From Pseudanabaenaceae cyanobacterium (GTDB taxonomy: Bacteria > Cyanobacteriota > Cyanobacteriia > Pseudanabaenales > Pseudanabaenaceae), in NCBI GenBank assembly GCA_046295715.1, contig JBKBMU010000005.1:80755-144754 (forward strand): a DNA stretch of 64,000 nucleotides, given 5' to 3'. Shown piece after piece: positions 1 to 8,608 of this stretch. Made by a program: the position numbers and the translations under genes. The notes below the pieces were generated by a model. The model searched no databases. It saw only the letters and a program-made list of their open reading frames with translations, and was not told where the DNA came from. Within the stretch, counting starts at the first letter, position 1; each line of letters opens with the position of its first letter.

Positions 1-216
1 ATGTTCTGCATCGGGGGGCTGTGCCGCCAACCACAACATCCACGCCGTAAACACAACGGCCACTAGGTTCACCAAAGACTCTAAAGCATCTGCCAATAGA
101 GCCAGCGAGTTGGTCAGTAGATATCCGTAGCCCTTTAGCACGATAGTAGCGATCGCCGTTGCGATCGACAAACGGGCATAATGAGATACCGACCACTGAG
201 GCAGTGGTGGGAACAT
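1..216 (-). CDS. cation diffusion facilitator (CDF) family metal transporter, N-terminal part; gene runs off the window start
   Basis: Own minus-strand translation from ATG at 216-214: MFPPLPQWSVSHYARLSIATAIATIVLKGYGYLLTNSLALLADALESLVNLVAVVFTAWMLWLAAQPPDAEH. The LLADALESL segment and the PxDxEH motif are typical of CDF/FieF-type transporters. It is absent from the ORF track because it is open at the window edge. Confidence 0.6.
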   Translation of the reverse strand, partial: MFPPLPQWSVSHYARLSIATAIATIVLKGYGYLLTNSLALLADALESLVNLVAVVFTAWMLWLAAQPPDAEH

Positions 217-286
217 ACAATCTGCTTGAGATGTGAGCTATCACTTATTTTAATGGGGGGAGCGCTCCCCCCTGTGATGTTTGACT

Positions 287-1882
287 TTACTTAATAACCC
301 CCTGTCTGACTAAAAGTTGATACATCATTGCTGCTACCTCAGCTCTGGTGGCAGGGCGGTTCGGCTCAAACACCTTGGGATCAGGGTGATTGACCACTAG
401 TTGATTGACTTGGGCGGTGGCAATGGCTTGCAGGGCATAGTTGGGGATGTCACTGGCATCATTGAATACCTCCTTGAGGCGGGCAGGATCGCCCCCATTG
501 AGCTTGTTACCACTGACAAGAGCGACCAGCACCTGCACTCTGGGGATATTGTCAGCGGGACGGAATTCTCCACTGGGGAAGCCAGACATGAACCCTGTGG
601 CAAAGGCTTGCCCGATCACCCCATGCCCCCAGAAAGTATCGGGGACATCACTAAAGGTTTGAACGGGACGCACCTTAGGTTTTTGGGGGAAAGCGGCGGC
701 TAGAATAGCAGCAAATTGGGCACGGGTTACGGGTTGTTCGGGACGGAATGTACCATCTTCAAAACCTTTGATAATATTTCGTTGCGCCAGAGCTATGATC
801 TGCCGTTCTGCCCAGTGTCCACGCACATCAGCTAAGCCTTGATTGGCAGGGGTAGGGGCCGTGGGGGGGGTAATAGCAACATCGGCGGGGATGAGATCGA
901 CAGTGCCGACTACCTTTTTGCTGTCTAACTGGTTGCCCACAGCAACTTGCACGGCGCGGGAAGCATTGTTGATGTCTACCCTATTATTCTCAAAAATGTT
1001 CCTGCCCGGTTGTGCCACCGTGCCCATATTTACCACAGGATTGCCGTTGCGATCGGGCAGGATCACAATTCCTGCCTCTTGATTGTTGGCGATCAAATTG
1101 CCCCGAATTGTGGGGGTAGCCAAATTATTAATAATAATGCCCCCGCGATTATTGACAATGCGATTATTGCTCACTTCCACACTCGATCGCTGGGAAATGA
1201 CAATGGCAAAGCCAGTATTATCAAAGGTGTTGCCTGTGATTACGCCACTACTGGATCCGACCGCAGAAATTCCATTCGCACCATTGCCCTGAAAAATATT
1301 GCCAGTGATATCAGCGCGGGTGGTGCCCGTCATAAAAACCCCGTCATGCACACTGTTGATCAGGGTATTATTCACCACAGCCGCATTCTGGGCGGACTCT
1401 AACCAGAGGGCGTAGCCCCGACGATTGGGGTTAGTAACCGTTACCCCCTCGACACGGGCTTGATCCCCTACCAAGATCGCAATATTTTGATCGGCAAAGG
1501 TCGGACTCATGAACCGACCGCCACCTGTAATCACAATACCTGCTCCATTGTTACTGGTATCCCCCCTGAGAATCACACCCTTGGGTAGCCTGATCGGGAA
1601 AGTTTCACCCGTCTCCTGACTATAGGTGCCCTGCACCAGCTGGATGATTGTACCCGCTTGAGCGCGTTGCACAGCGGCAGTGATCGTCCGTAAAGGTTGC
1701 CCTTGACTGCCGTTGTTATTATCATTGCCCAAGGGAGATACAAAAATCATACTTGCCCCTTGTTTGGGTTGAGCCGTAAGGGCAGAGTTGGGATTAGTTG
1801 TCAGCAAAGGACTGGCTACCAAGGCAAATTGGGGAGCGATTAGCTCCAGCGTCAGCATTACCGCAATATGTGTTTTAACCAT
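287..1882 (-). CDS. secreted right-handed parallel beta-helix (DUF1565-like) protein with C-terminal SLH domains
   Basis: 531-aa ORF with an N-terminal signal-like segment. It has repeated xNNxIxxNxxxGI beta-helix turns. The C-terminal S-layer-homology motifs are VRGHWAERQIIALAQRNIIKGFEDGTFRPEQPVTRAQFA, DTFWGHGVIGQA..GF..G.FRP and IPNYALQAIA. Confidence 0.75.
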   Translation of the reverse strand: MVKTHIAVMLTLELIAPQFALVASPLLTTNPNSALTAQPKQGASMIFVSPLGNDNNNGSQGQPLRTITAAVQRAQAGTIIQLVQGTYSQETGETFPIRLPKGVILRGDTSNNGAGIVITGGGRFMSPTFADQNIAILVGDQARVEGVTVTNPNRRGYALWLESAQNAAVVNNTLINSVHDGVFMTGTTRADITGNIFQGNGANGISAVGSSSGVITGNTFDNTGFAIVISQRSSVEVSNNRIVNNRGGIIINNLATPTIRGNLIANNQEAGIVILPDRNGNPVVNMGTVAQPGRNIFENNRVDINNASRAVQVAVGNQLDSKKVVGTVDLIPADVAITPPTAPTPANQGLADVRGHWAERQIIALAQRNIIKGFEDGTFRPEQPVTRAQFAAILAAAFPQKPKVRPVQTFSDVPDTFWGHGVIGQAFATGFMSGFPSGEFRPADNIPRVQVLVALVSGNKLNGGDPARLKEVFNDASDIPNYALQAIATAQVNQLVVNHPDPKVFEPNRPATRAEVAAMMYQLLVRQGVIK

Positions 1883-2331
1883 AAGATAATTCTCAAGTTA
1901 GGGTTACATTTCTGGGCCCAAGACCGACAACTACAGCAGAAAGTTTCTGTGGTTTGGGCGGAAACAGTATAGCTGACTGATGGGAAATTGCAAGCCTATT
2001 TTACTCTGAATCATTAGACTTCACCCCTGCTCTTTTTCCACGAGAGTAGCCCCTGGGATCGCCAACTCCAAAAGTTATATTCATTTCATTAAAAATCAGA
2101 CTAGAGCACTAGGTAATAGACTCTGAGGGTTGGTAAATGTCTCAAATTTATTAGAAATAACTGTAATCTAACCTTTGGGTAAGGCAACTATCCTAAATAA
2201 AAGAGAAGATAGGATTTGTGTTTAGTGTTTTAATCTCAAAAGCGCTTTTGTTTCTGCATGAGCAACAAAAACTGAAGACTATGCCAGTCAGTGGTTTAAG
2301 ATAATGTATCTGGCAGTGCTGGCATATTCCT

Positions 2332-2913
2332 ATGATTCAGAATGATATTTGGATCGCCAAAATGGCAAAGCAGGGGATGATTACCCCATTTGAACCGCAG
2401 TTAGTGCGTCAAGTGGATGATCTGCGGGTAATCAGCTATGGCTTATCTTCCTATGGTTATGATATTCGCCTATCACCCAAGGATTTTCGGGTATTTCGCC
2501 ACATTCCGGGAACAGTAGTCGATCCCAAAAATTTCAACCCAGATAACCTTGAACCAGCCAAACTACATCGCGACGGAAATGGGGAATTTTTTATTATGCC
2601 TGCCCATTCCTATGGTTTGGGTGTAGCTCTGGAGCGATTGGAAGTACCAGAAAATGTAACAGTGCTGTGCATTGGTAAAAGTAGCTACGCCCGCACAGGC
2701 TTAATTGCTAACCTCACCCCTGCCGAGGCGGGCTGGCGGGGACACCTGACTTTGGAATTTTCCAATTCTTCTAGTGCCGATTGTCGCATCTATGCCAATG
2801 AAGGAGTGGTGCAGTTGTTATTTCTAGTGGGTGAACCCTGTGCTGTAAGTTACGAAAAACGCAAAGGTAAATATCAGGATCAAAGCGAAACAGTTACCCT
2901 AGCTAGAGTTTGA
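2332..2913 (+). CDS. dcd: dCTP deaminase
   Basis: 193-aa ORF. MIQNDIWIAKMAKQGMITPFEPQLV...ISYGLSSYGYDIRL and the ...GWRGHLTLEFSN... core are characteristic of Dcd. Confidence 0.9.
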   Translation: MIQNDIWIAKMAKQGMITPFEPQLVRQVDDLRVISYGLSSYGYDIRLSPKDFRVFRHIPGTVVDPKNFNPDNLEPAKLHRDGNGEFFIMPAHSYGLGVALERLEVPENVTVLCIGKSSYARTGLIANLTPAEAGWRGHLTLEFSNSSSADCRIYANEGVVQLLFLVGEPCAVSYEKRKGKYQDQSETVTLARV

Positions 2914-2960
2914 TAAGGCATATAAAATGCTTATAATTGCGTTATTGATACTTAAGATAA

Positions 2961-3185
2961 CGCCAGTTTGGGTTAAGCAAAGCCCTGTAAGCCTTGTTTT
3001 GTCTGCAAGGAGGGCTTTTTAGGCTGATGACCAATGATATTGCCCATAGCATTCGGTGGCGACTGTGTTCTACTTGCGAAATATTCTTCAGTTGGTCAAT
3101 AATCGTCTCAATAATTGCTCTTTTGCGACTCAACAATTTATCTTGAAATCCAGAGATGTTGAATCCTGCAACGAGACTTGATATT
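2961..3185 (-). mobile_element. IS982-family transposase 3' remnant with terminal repeat (degenerate)
   Basis: The minus-strand translation ...[30 protein letters not shown] matches the conserved C-terminus of cyanobacterial IS982-family transposases, then goes out of frame. The element end cGCCAGTTTGGGTTAAGCAAAG at 2961-2982 recurs at 38956, at 43650 (inverted) and, in variant form, at 6358. Confidence 0.7.
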
Positions 3186-3199
3186 TTAATTTTAATATT

Positions 3200-3481
3200 T
3201 TAATAGACAATTAGCTCCGGCTGCCAATCAAAGCTCCAATGAACCATGGAACACCGGCAACTCAGTTTAAGTTGCACATATCGTAACTTATCTAACACCT
3301 TCCTGCCAAAGTATTCAGGTATGTCCACCAGCTCTGATATTAAATACCCAATCAATACCATGTATATCTGATTCACTGCCCCATTCACACTCTTTGTCAT
3401 CAATCGGTCTAACCATAAGTGCACTTTTAAGAATTTCCATAAGTTCTCAATCGCCCACCGCTGCCGATACAGTTCAGCCAC
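3200..3481 (-). pseudogene. IS4-family DDE transposase, C-terminal fragment only
   Basis: The 93-aa ORF starts inside the YREK region (ELYRQRWAIENLWKFLK). No upstream DDE domain is present. It abuts a different IS fragment. Confidence 0.7.
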
Positions 3482-3529
3482 TTCCTGTTTTGGCAGACTA
3501 GAACTTATCTTTCAATCACAATTCAGTAT

Positions 3530-4087
3530 TTACGAGCTTTTCTCGCTCACTTTTTGTAATAGCCAGAGGGAAGTAACTAGCCCGCAAAAATGGGAGAGAA
3601 TGATGTTAGTAGTTGCCTGAATCACGAAAAAGTCGATCGGTTGCACAGGTAGGGTAGTAACTGTAACAATGTTGGGTTGTTGTTGCAGGGATTTAGCAGT
3701 TAGTGTGCCCACGATCGCCCCTGCTCCTAGGAGGGTGAGGAACATGCCTACTAGGCTAATAATTACGCCGATTTTGACTTGTTGCAGGGTCTCTTGTTTG
3801 GTGGGGCGATTGTCCCGTTTGAGTTTTTCTGCCCAGCGGGTGTAACGCCAATGCCAAAAAATACTCACCCCGATCATCAGTAGTCCCAGCCCGGCAAAGC
3901 CCAAACCGGGTAGGGTGGCAGGGTTAGCTTCCGTATTTGGTGGCGCAGACAGATTGCGTGTACTCAAAAATACAATTAGAATTACTCCTGAAACAACACT
4001 GAGTACCACTTGTACCCATAAGCCTGCCCATCCCCAGAAGCGTAGGGTAGCACTGGCTTTGAGGACATTAGCGGAAGTCATTTGCAA
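3530..4087 (-). CDS. DUF3611-family membrane protein
   Basis: 185 aa with four predicted TM helices. The N-terminal LKASATLRFWGWAGLWVQVVLSVVSG is typical of cyanobacterial DUF3611 proteins. It overlaps the upstream gene by 10 nt, which suggests an operon. Confidence 0.6.
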   Translation of the reverse strand: MQMTSANVLKASATLRFWGWAGLWVQVVLSVVSGVILIVFLSTRNLSAPPNTEANPATLPGLGFAGLGLLMIGVSIFWHWRYTRWAEKLKRDNRPTKQETLQQVKIGVIISLVGMFLTLLGAGAIVGTLTAKSLQQQPNIVTVTTLPVQPIDFFVIQATTNIILSHFCGLVTSLWLLQKVSEKSS

Positions 4088-4731
4088 TAGTTGGAGACAT
4101 CAACACCTTTCTCTGCCAGAAAATTGAGGGAGCGGAAACGCAAGCCCATCAACTGGTCAAAGAGGGGGTTCAGTTTGCACATCGCTGGAATATGGGCGAT
4201 CTTCTTGCCAAATAGAGTGATGTCGCGCTCAAAGGGACATTGGGCAGGGATCACACGACAGATCAATTTGGCTAATCGTTCATCTTTGATTTCCATGTGG
4301 TCTAGCCACTCTTTGACTGGTTCTAGCAGGTCGGGATGATGTTCCGACTCCGTTCCCAACTTCAGTTTTAGTTCTACCATAGGTTTCAGTTCTTGTTGGA
4401 GTGCTGTGCAAAATTCGTGAATCACTTCGTCTTCGGCAGTGGAATAGTCTCCATCTGCCATTGCCATCATCACTGCCATCCGTAAAAAGTCTTGCTTAAC
4501 TTTAGGATCGTCTCCCAAAGCCTCAGCCAACTCTCGAGCCGAAATAGGCTGGGCATAGTCTATTTCTTGCTCGGGATGATAGCTAGTGGTTACTTCGGTA
4601 AATAACTCACGCTCGGTTTGACTGAATTCTCCATCGGCAAGGGCGACCCGCATCAACCCTCTTAACCATGCAGTAATTTGGGTCTGGCTATAGGTTTGCA
4701 TATGGTTGGCACAACACTGTGATTTGCCCAC
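4078..4731 (-). CDS. TerB-like N-terminal domain fused to a Mo-dependent-nitrogenase-C-terminus (Mo-nitro_C) domain
   Basis: 217 aa. The N-terminus has two DGE/DGD..S..E repeats (ALADGEFSQTERELF, AMADGDYSTAEDEVI), as in TerB-type modules. The C-terminus ICRVIPAQCPFERDITLFGKKIAHIPAMCKLNPLFDQLMGLRFRSLNFLAE resembles the Mo-nitro_C family as I remember it. Confidence 0.55.
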   Translation of the reverse strand: MGKSQCCANHMQTYSQTQITAWLRGLMRVALADGEFSQTERELFTEVTTSYHPEQEIDYAQPISARELAEALGDDPKVKQDFLRMAVMMAMADGDYSTAEDEVIHEFCTALQQELKPMVELKLKLGTESEHHPDLLEPVKEWLDHMEIKDERLAKLICRVIPAQCPFERDITLFGKKIAHIPAMCKLNPLFDQLMGLRFRSLNFLAEKGVDVSNYCK

Positions 4732-4903
4732 TACAATATTATCTCATACATTAGTGAGGTTGAGTGTACATTTGCGGAGAAGTAATTTAATCTATGGGTT
4801 CTGGGGCTTTACCCCCTGGCTTCAAAACTTTCGTTTTCTCTAAAATTCACTAAAATTCAGTGTAAGTTCTATATTTAGCTTTTCTTTGGGATCGAGGTCG
4901 ACC

Positions 4904-6337
4904 ATGAGTAATGTGGGAGTTGCTAGAGCCGAAGGGATGCCTGATTTCTGGGGCGATCGCGCCCTATTGCGGTATTGGGCACAGTCAGAACTGCTGAGGC
5001 ATTTTCAAGGGTGTGGTTATGAGTTGCTGGAAGTGCCGATTGTGGAGCAAACTGAACTCTATTTGCGCAAATCGGGGGAAGATATAGTAGCACAAATGTA
5101 TGATTTCGAGTACCAAAATCATCGTTTATGTTTGCGTCCCGAAATGACAGCTTCTGTAATTCGCAGTTATATAGAGCATTTTCCTAGTGGTTCGTGGCAA
5201 AGGTTTTGTTACAGTGGGGCAGTATTTCGCTATGAAAAATTGGCTAATCATAACTACCGCCAGTTTACCCAGATCGGGGTGGAGTTGATAGGTAGCAGTT
5301 CTTTAATCGCTGATGCGGAAGTAATTTATACTGCCTGCGCTGGTCTGCGTCAATTGGGGATCAACAATTTTCAGCTAGTGATTGGACATATCGGGGTGTT
5401 AATTACTTTTTTAAGGCGGTTGAATCTACACGATCGCTTGATCAGTATTTTATTAGCGAGTATGGCACTGTTACACCAAGAAAATGGTAGGGCTGAATTA
5501 GAAAAACAGTTGCAAATGAATTATTTAACACCAAAGGTAGAGGGCAAATTAGCTGGTATTTTGGCGGACATGAATGAAGAGACTGCGCAAGCCGCTGTGT
5601 TAGAAATGTTAGCTAATCTAAAAATTGCGGTGAATGGCAATCGTGATCCCCAAGAGATTGTAGGCAGATTAGTAGCCAAAATGAAGCAACCCGATCAAAC
5701 TGTAGCTGTGCAAAAAGCCATCGATTTCATGTCTCATTTAGTTAAGTTAGAGGGTGCGCCCTATGAAGTTTTAATCAAGGGTAGGGAGTTGTTACAGGAA
5801 TATAAAATTGACTTGCAACCTCTGACTGATTTAGAAAAGATGATTGAACTGCTGGAAGTGTTTAATAGTGTGTTGAATTTACCCAGTAATTTGAAAATCG
5901 ATCTAGGTTTAACTAGAGGTTTACAATACTACACTGGCACAATTTTTGAATTGTTGGACCAACAGGGCAGACACCTAGGCGGGGGCGGGCGATATGATGA
6001 TTTGGTTTACACTTTGGGGGGCGATCGATCTACACCTGCTACGGGCTTTTCCTTGAGTTTAGACGAGTTATGTAACTGTATAGAAAGACATGGCAATATT
6101 TTACCATTAGTAAACATCAATTGTGCCTTGGATAACCTTTCCTCTTGTTTGCAGTTATCAAATAGATTGCGGAAATTAAACTTACGAGTACAGTTAGTGT
6201 GGGAAGAGCAAACTAATCAAAACTGTTGGCAAGTAACTACCATTGGCGATCGTTGGCAAGTCTACGATCCCCATAAACAACAGACTTTGTCCATGGATGA
6301 AGCTAGTTTAATTAACTATCTCCAGCAGCAGGTTTAA
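4904..6337 (+). CDS. histidyl-tRNA synthetase-like class II paralog (HisS/HisZ family)
   Basis: It carries LCLRPEMTASVIR (HisRS/HisZ motif), FRYEKLANHNYRQFTQIGVELIG (degenerate motif 2) and GGGGRYDDLV (motif 3). The track start at 4886 is TTG; the first ATG is at 4904. Confidence 0.6.
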   Translation: MSNVGVARAEGMPDFWGDRALLRYWAQSELLRHFQGCGYELLEVPIVEQTELYLRKSGEDIVAQMYDFEYQNHRLCLRPEMTASVIRSYIEHFPSGSWQRFCYSGAVFRYEKLANHNYRQFTQIGVELIGSSSLIADAEVIYTACAGLRQLGINNFQLVIGHIGVLITFLRRLNLHDRLISILLASMALLHQENGRAELEKQLQMNYLTPKVEGKLAGILADMNEETAQAAVLEMLANLKIAVNGNRDPQEIVGRLVAKMKQPDQTVAVQKAIDFMSHLVKLEGAPYEVLIKGRELLQEYKIDLQPLTDLEKMIELLEVFNSVLNLPSNLKIDLGLTRGLQYYTGTIFELLDQQGRHLGGGGRYDDLVYTLGGDRSTPATGFSLSLDELCNCIERHGNILPLVNINCALDNLSSCLQLSNRLRKLNLRVQLVWEEQTNQNCWQVTTIGDRWQVYDPHKQQTLSMDEASLINYLQQQV

Positions 6338-6357
6338 TTTAAGGTAAACTTTATCTA

Positions 6358-6389
6358 CCTCAGTTCGGGATCAGCAAAGTTCTGTAAGC
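6358..6389 (+). repeat. variant copy of the IS982-type terminal repeat (start of a MITE-like patchwork)
   Basis: cctCAGTTCGGGaTcAGCAAAGTTCTgtAAGc matches gcCAGTTCGGGtTaAGCAAAGTTCTacAAGg at 38956 at about 24 of 30 positions. Confidence 0.5.
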
Positions 6390-6859
6390 ATTTCTCTGGA
6401 TGGAGAGAAGTTTTTCCAGTTAGCAAGATTATTCATGTCTGAAGTCTTACAGCTTAAGGGTTTCTCCGTTGCCTGACCAACTTGATCCTAAACTCAAGTT
6501 AATACTCATAGACCTTAGGACATTAAACTTACTCCCAACTCCTTTCCCATCAAAGGAAAGGGTAGAAAACTCTGCACTTCCTTGAGCTTGTCTAAGCGGT
6601 ATTACCTTATCCCAGAAACCCTACCCCGGAATTTCGCACCTAAAGAATTAGTTGTGATCAAGATTTTGGGTTGAATTACTATAGTTGTTTTCAACAAGTT
6701 TGAGACATTTACTAAAACTCAGAGCTTGCTGACAACTGCTTTTTCGGTAACAAATGTCTCATTTTAGATAAAATGACTATAACAATTACATAGAAGGTGC
6801 TGTGCTCATGGGATCGCCCACAGTAACAGTCTATACTTGAAGCTCTGAAATTGATAAAT

Positions 6860-7912
6860 TTATTGCAAATTTTCAGCAAATACTTCCTTAAACACCTTCT
6901 GTACTTTGTAGCCAGAATCTACTGACTCTAGGGGGTCTTTGCGCAAACGGTGGCGCAGACAGAGGGGCAGTACCTGCTCTATTTCCTGCACAGTTACTTC
7001 TGTTTTGTGATGAAATGCGGCTAGGGCTTTGGCAGCGCGATTAGTAACGATGTCTCCCCGCAAGCCATCGATGTTCAACTGGGCGCACACTTGGGATATT
7101 TTCAAGCGTAGGTCATAGGGGATATGCACCTCTGGCAGGAGAGCTTGTGCCGAGATAATTTTTTCTTGGAGTGCCTGTTGCGCCGATCGATAGTTGTCCA
7201 GATAAGCTTGGGGATCGCGATCGAAAAGGATGCGCTGTTCCACAATTTTGACCCGCAGTTCAGGGTCTTTGACAGTGCGAATTTCTGCATACATTCCAAA
7301 ACGGTCTAACAACTGGGGGCGCAGTTCCCCTTCCTCAGGGTTGCCCGATCCCACCAAGACAAACCGTGCTGGGTGGCGGATCGAAATCCCTTCCCGCTCC
7401 ACCGTATTCCAGCCCGAAGCCGCCGCATCCAAGAGCACATCTACTAGGTGGTCATCCAACAGATTCACTTCATCAATATAGAGAATGCCCCGATTGGCCT
7501 TAGCCAACAGCCCCGGCTCAAACGCCTTTACCCCCTCCGCCAGAGCCTTTTCAATGTCGATCGTCCCGCAGACCCTGTCTTCCGTTGCCCCCAAAGGCAA
7601 ATCCACCATCGGCACCTGGCGATACACCACTGGCAGTGCTTCACCCCTAGCCAACCTTTGACGCACTTCCTCGCTTTGTAGTTCAGGTTCAGAGGGATGA
7701 CTGTTAAAGGGATCGTCTGCCACCACAGGCATTTCAGGTAATAGGTCAGTCAAAGCCCTAACTGTGGTGGATTTGCCTGCGCCCCGATCCCCCATAATCA
7801 TCACCCCGCCAATTTTGGGATCGATCACATTTAATAACAGAGATAATTTCATCTCCTCCTGCCCCACGATCGCAGTAAAAGGGAACACAGGGCGTTTGCT
7901 TGCCTTAACCAT
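6860..7912 (-). CDS. chlI: magnesium chelatase ATPase subunit I
   Basis: 350 aa. [47 protein letters not shown] and the rest of the protein are collinear with ChlI/BchI. Confidence 0.92.
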   Translation of the reverse strand: MVKASKRPVFPFTAIVGQEEMKLSLLLNVIDPKIGGVMIMGDRGAGKSTTVRALTDLLPEMPVVADDPFNSHPSEPELQSEEVRQRLARGEALPVVYRQVPMVDLPLGATEDRVCGTIDIEKALAEGVKAFEPGLLAKANRGILYIDEVNLLDDHLVDVLLDAAASGWNTVEREGISIRHPARFVLVGSGNPEEGELRPQLLDRFGMYAEIRTVKDPELRVKIVEQRILFDRDPQAYLDNYRSAQQALQEKIISAQALLPEVHIPYDLRLKISQVCAQLNIDGLRGDIVTNRAAKALAAFHHKTEVTVQEIEQVLPLCLRHRLRKDPLESVDSGYKVQKVFKEVFAENLQ

Positions 7913-7966
7913 TACCAGACGCTCAATACAAATAAAAAACTAACACCGCTCTATCTTAAGTTATTT

Positions 7967-8545
7967 CTAGGCAGGGCGCACAAACCAGAGACTGCGCTTA
8001 CCGTCATGGCTGACACAATCCAGCATAAACTCTTTGACCTTGAGGGGCAGTTGGCGTTCTTTGCGGGCTTTGCGCAGGAGGTCGGGAGAACAGCCCAGAA
8101 TTTTGGCAATATCGACTGTCGTCCACAACTTAGTAAATAAGTTATCTGGTAAACCCTGCATCTCCTTAGCTACTTCTGCCCACGATTGCAAATATACTTC
8201 TGTAGCCTGATCGTGTTGGATCCCTGTGGGTTCAAGGGGACGATCCCCATAAATCTCTGTATCCACATACACCTGTAAATTGAGAATCTCCCCCCAACTT
8301 TTCACATAATCGGCATTGTCCTCCGGTAAATTGGCAATCAGGGGTTTGTCCTGTTTTAGTTTAGCTATTAGTTCCGCCAGTTCCTCCCGCACAGTTGACT
8401 TCAGTCCCGCCTGCCACAAACCCTGTAGTTCCTGCACTAAGGGAGCTAGTTCCGCATCCACCGATACTGTAACCACTGGCGTTGTTCTGCTACCCACTAC
8501 ACCAAGCAGTATAACCCGAACAGGGGTTTTGCGCACAAAAGCCAA
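7967..8545 (-). CDS. hypothetical protein with a C-terminal HTH-like segment, divergent from the chemosensory cluster
   Basis: 192-aa ORF with no family I recognise. The C-terminus is TVDIAKILGCSPDLLRKARKERQLP. It lies about 60 bp from the first response-regulator gene on the opposite strand. Confidence 0.45.
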   Translation of the reverse strand: MAFVRKTPVRVILLGVVGSRTTPVVTVSVDAELAPLVQELQGLWQAGLKSTVREELAELIAKLKQDKPLIANLPEDNADYVKSWGEILNLQVYVDTEIYGDRPLEPTGIQHDQATEVYLQSWAEVAKEMQGLPDNLFTKLWTTVDIAKILGCSPDLLRKARKERQLPLKVKEFMLDCVSHDGKRSLWFVRPA

Positions 8546-8608
8546 AAGGGCAGGTTATACTTTTTGGCTCTAGCGCTATACTTTATAGTAGAGACACATT
8601 CTAGCTAT

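Noticed and set aside
7967-8545. Equating the divergent 192-aa gene with HmpF
   Set aside because: As I recall, HmpF is a much larger coiled-coil protein. This ORF is short with no evident coiled-coil, so only the positional analogy is noted.
8564-8608. Track start codons at 8564 (RR1), 16619 (cheA), 4886 (hisS-like), 32440 (WD40) and 58074
   Set aside because: All are TTG or upstream starts that create overlaps or non-conserved N-terminal extensions. Downstream ATGs (8609, 16649, 4904, 32431, 58038) fit paralog alignment, signal peptides or SD sequences better.
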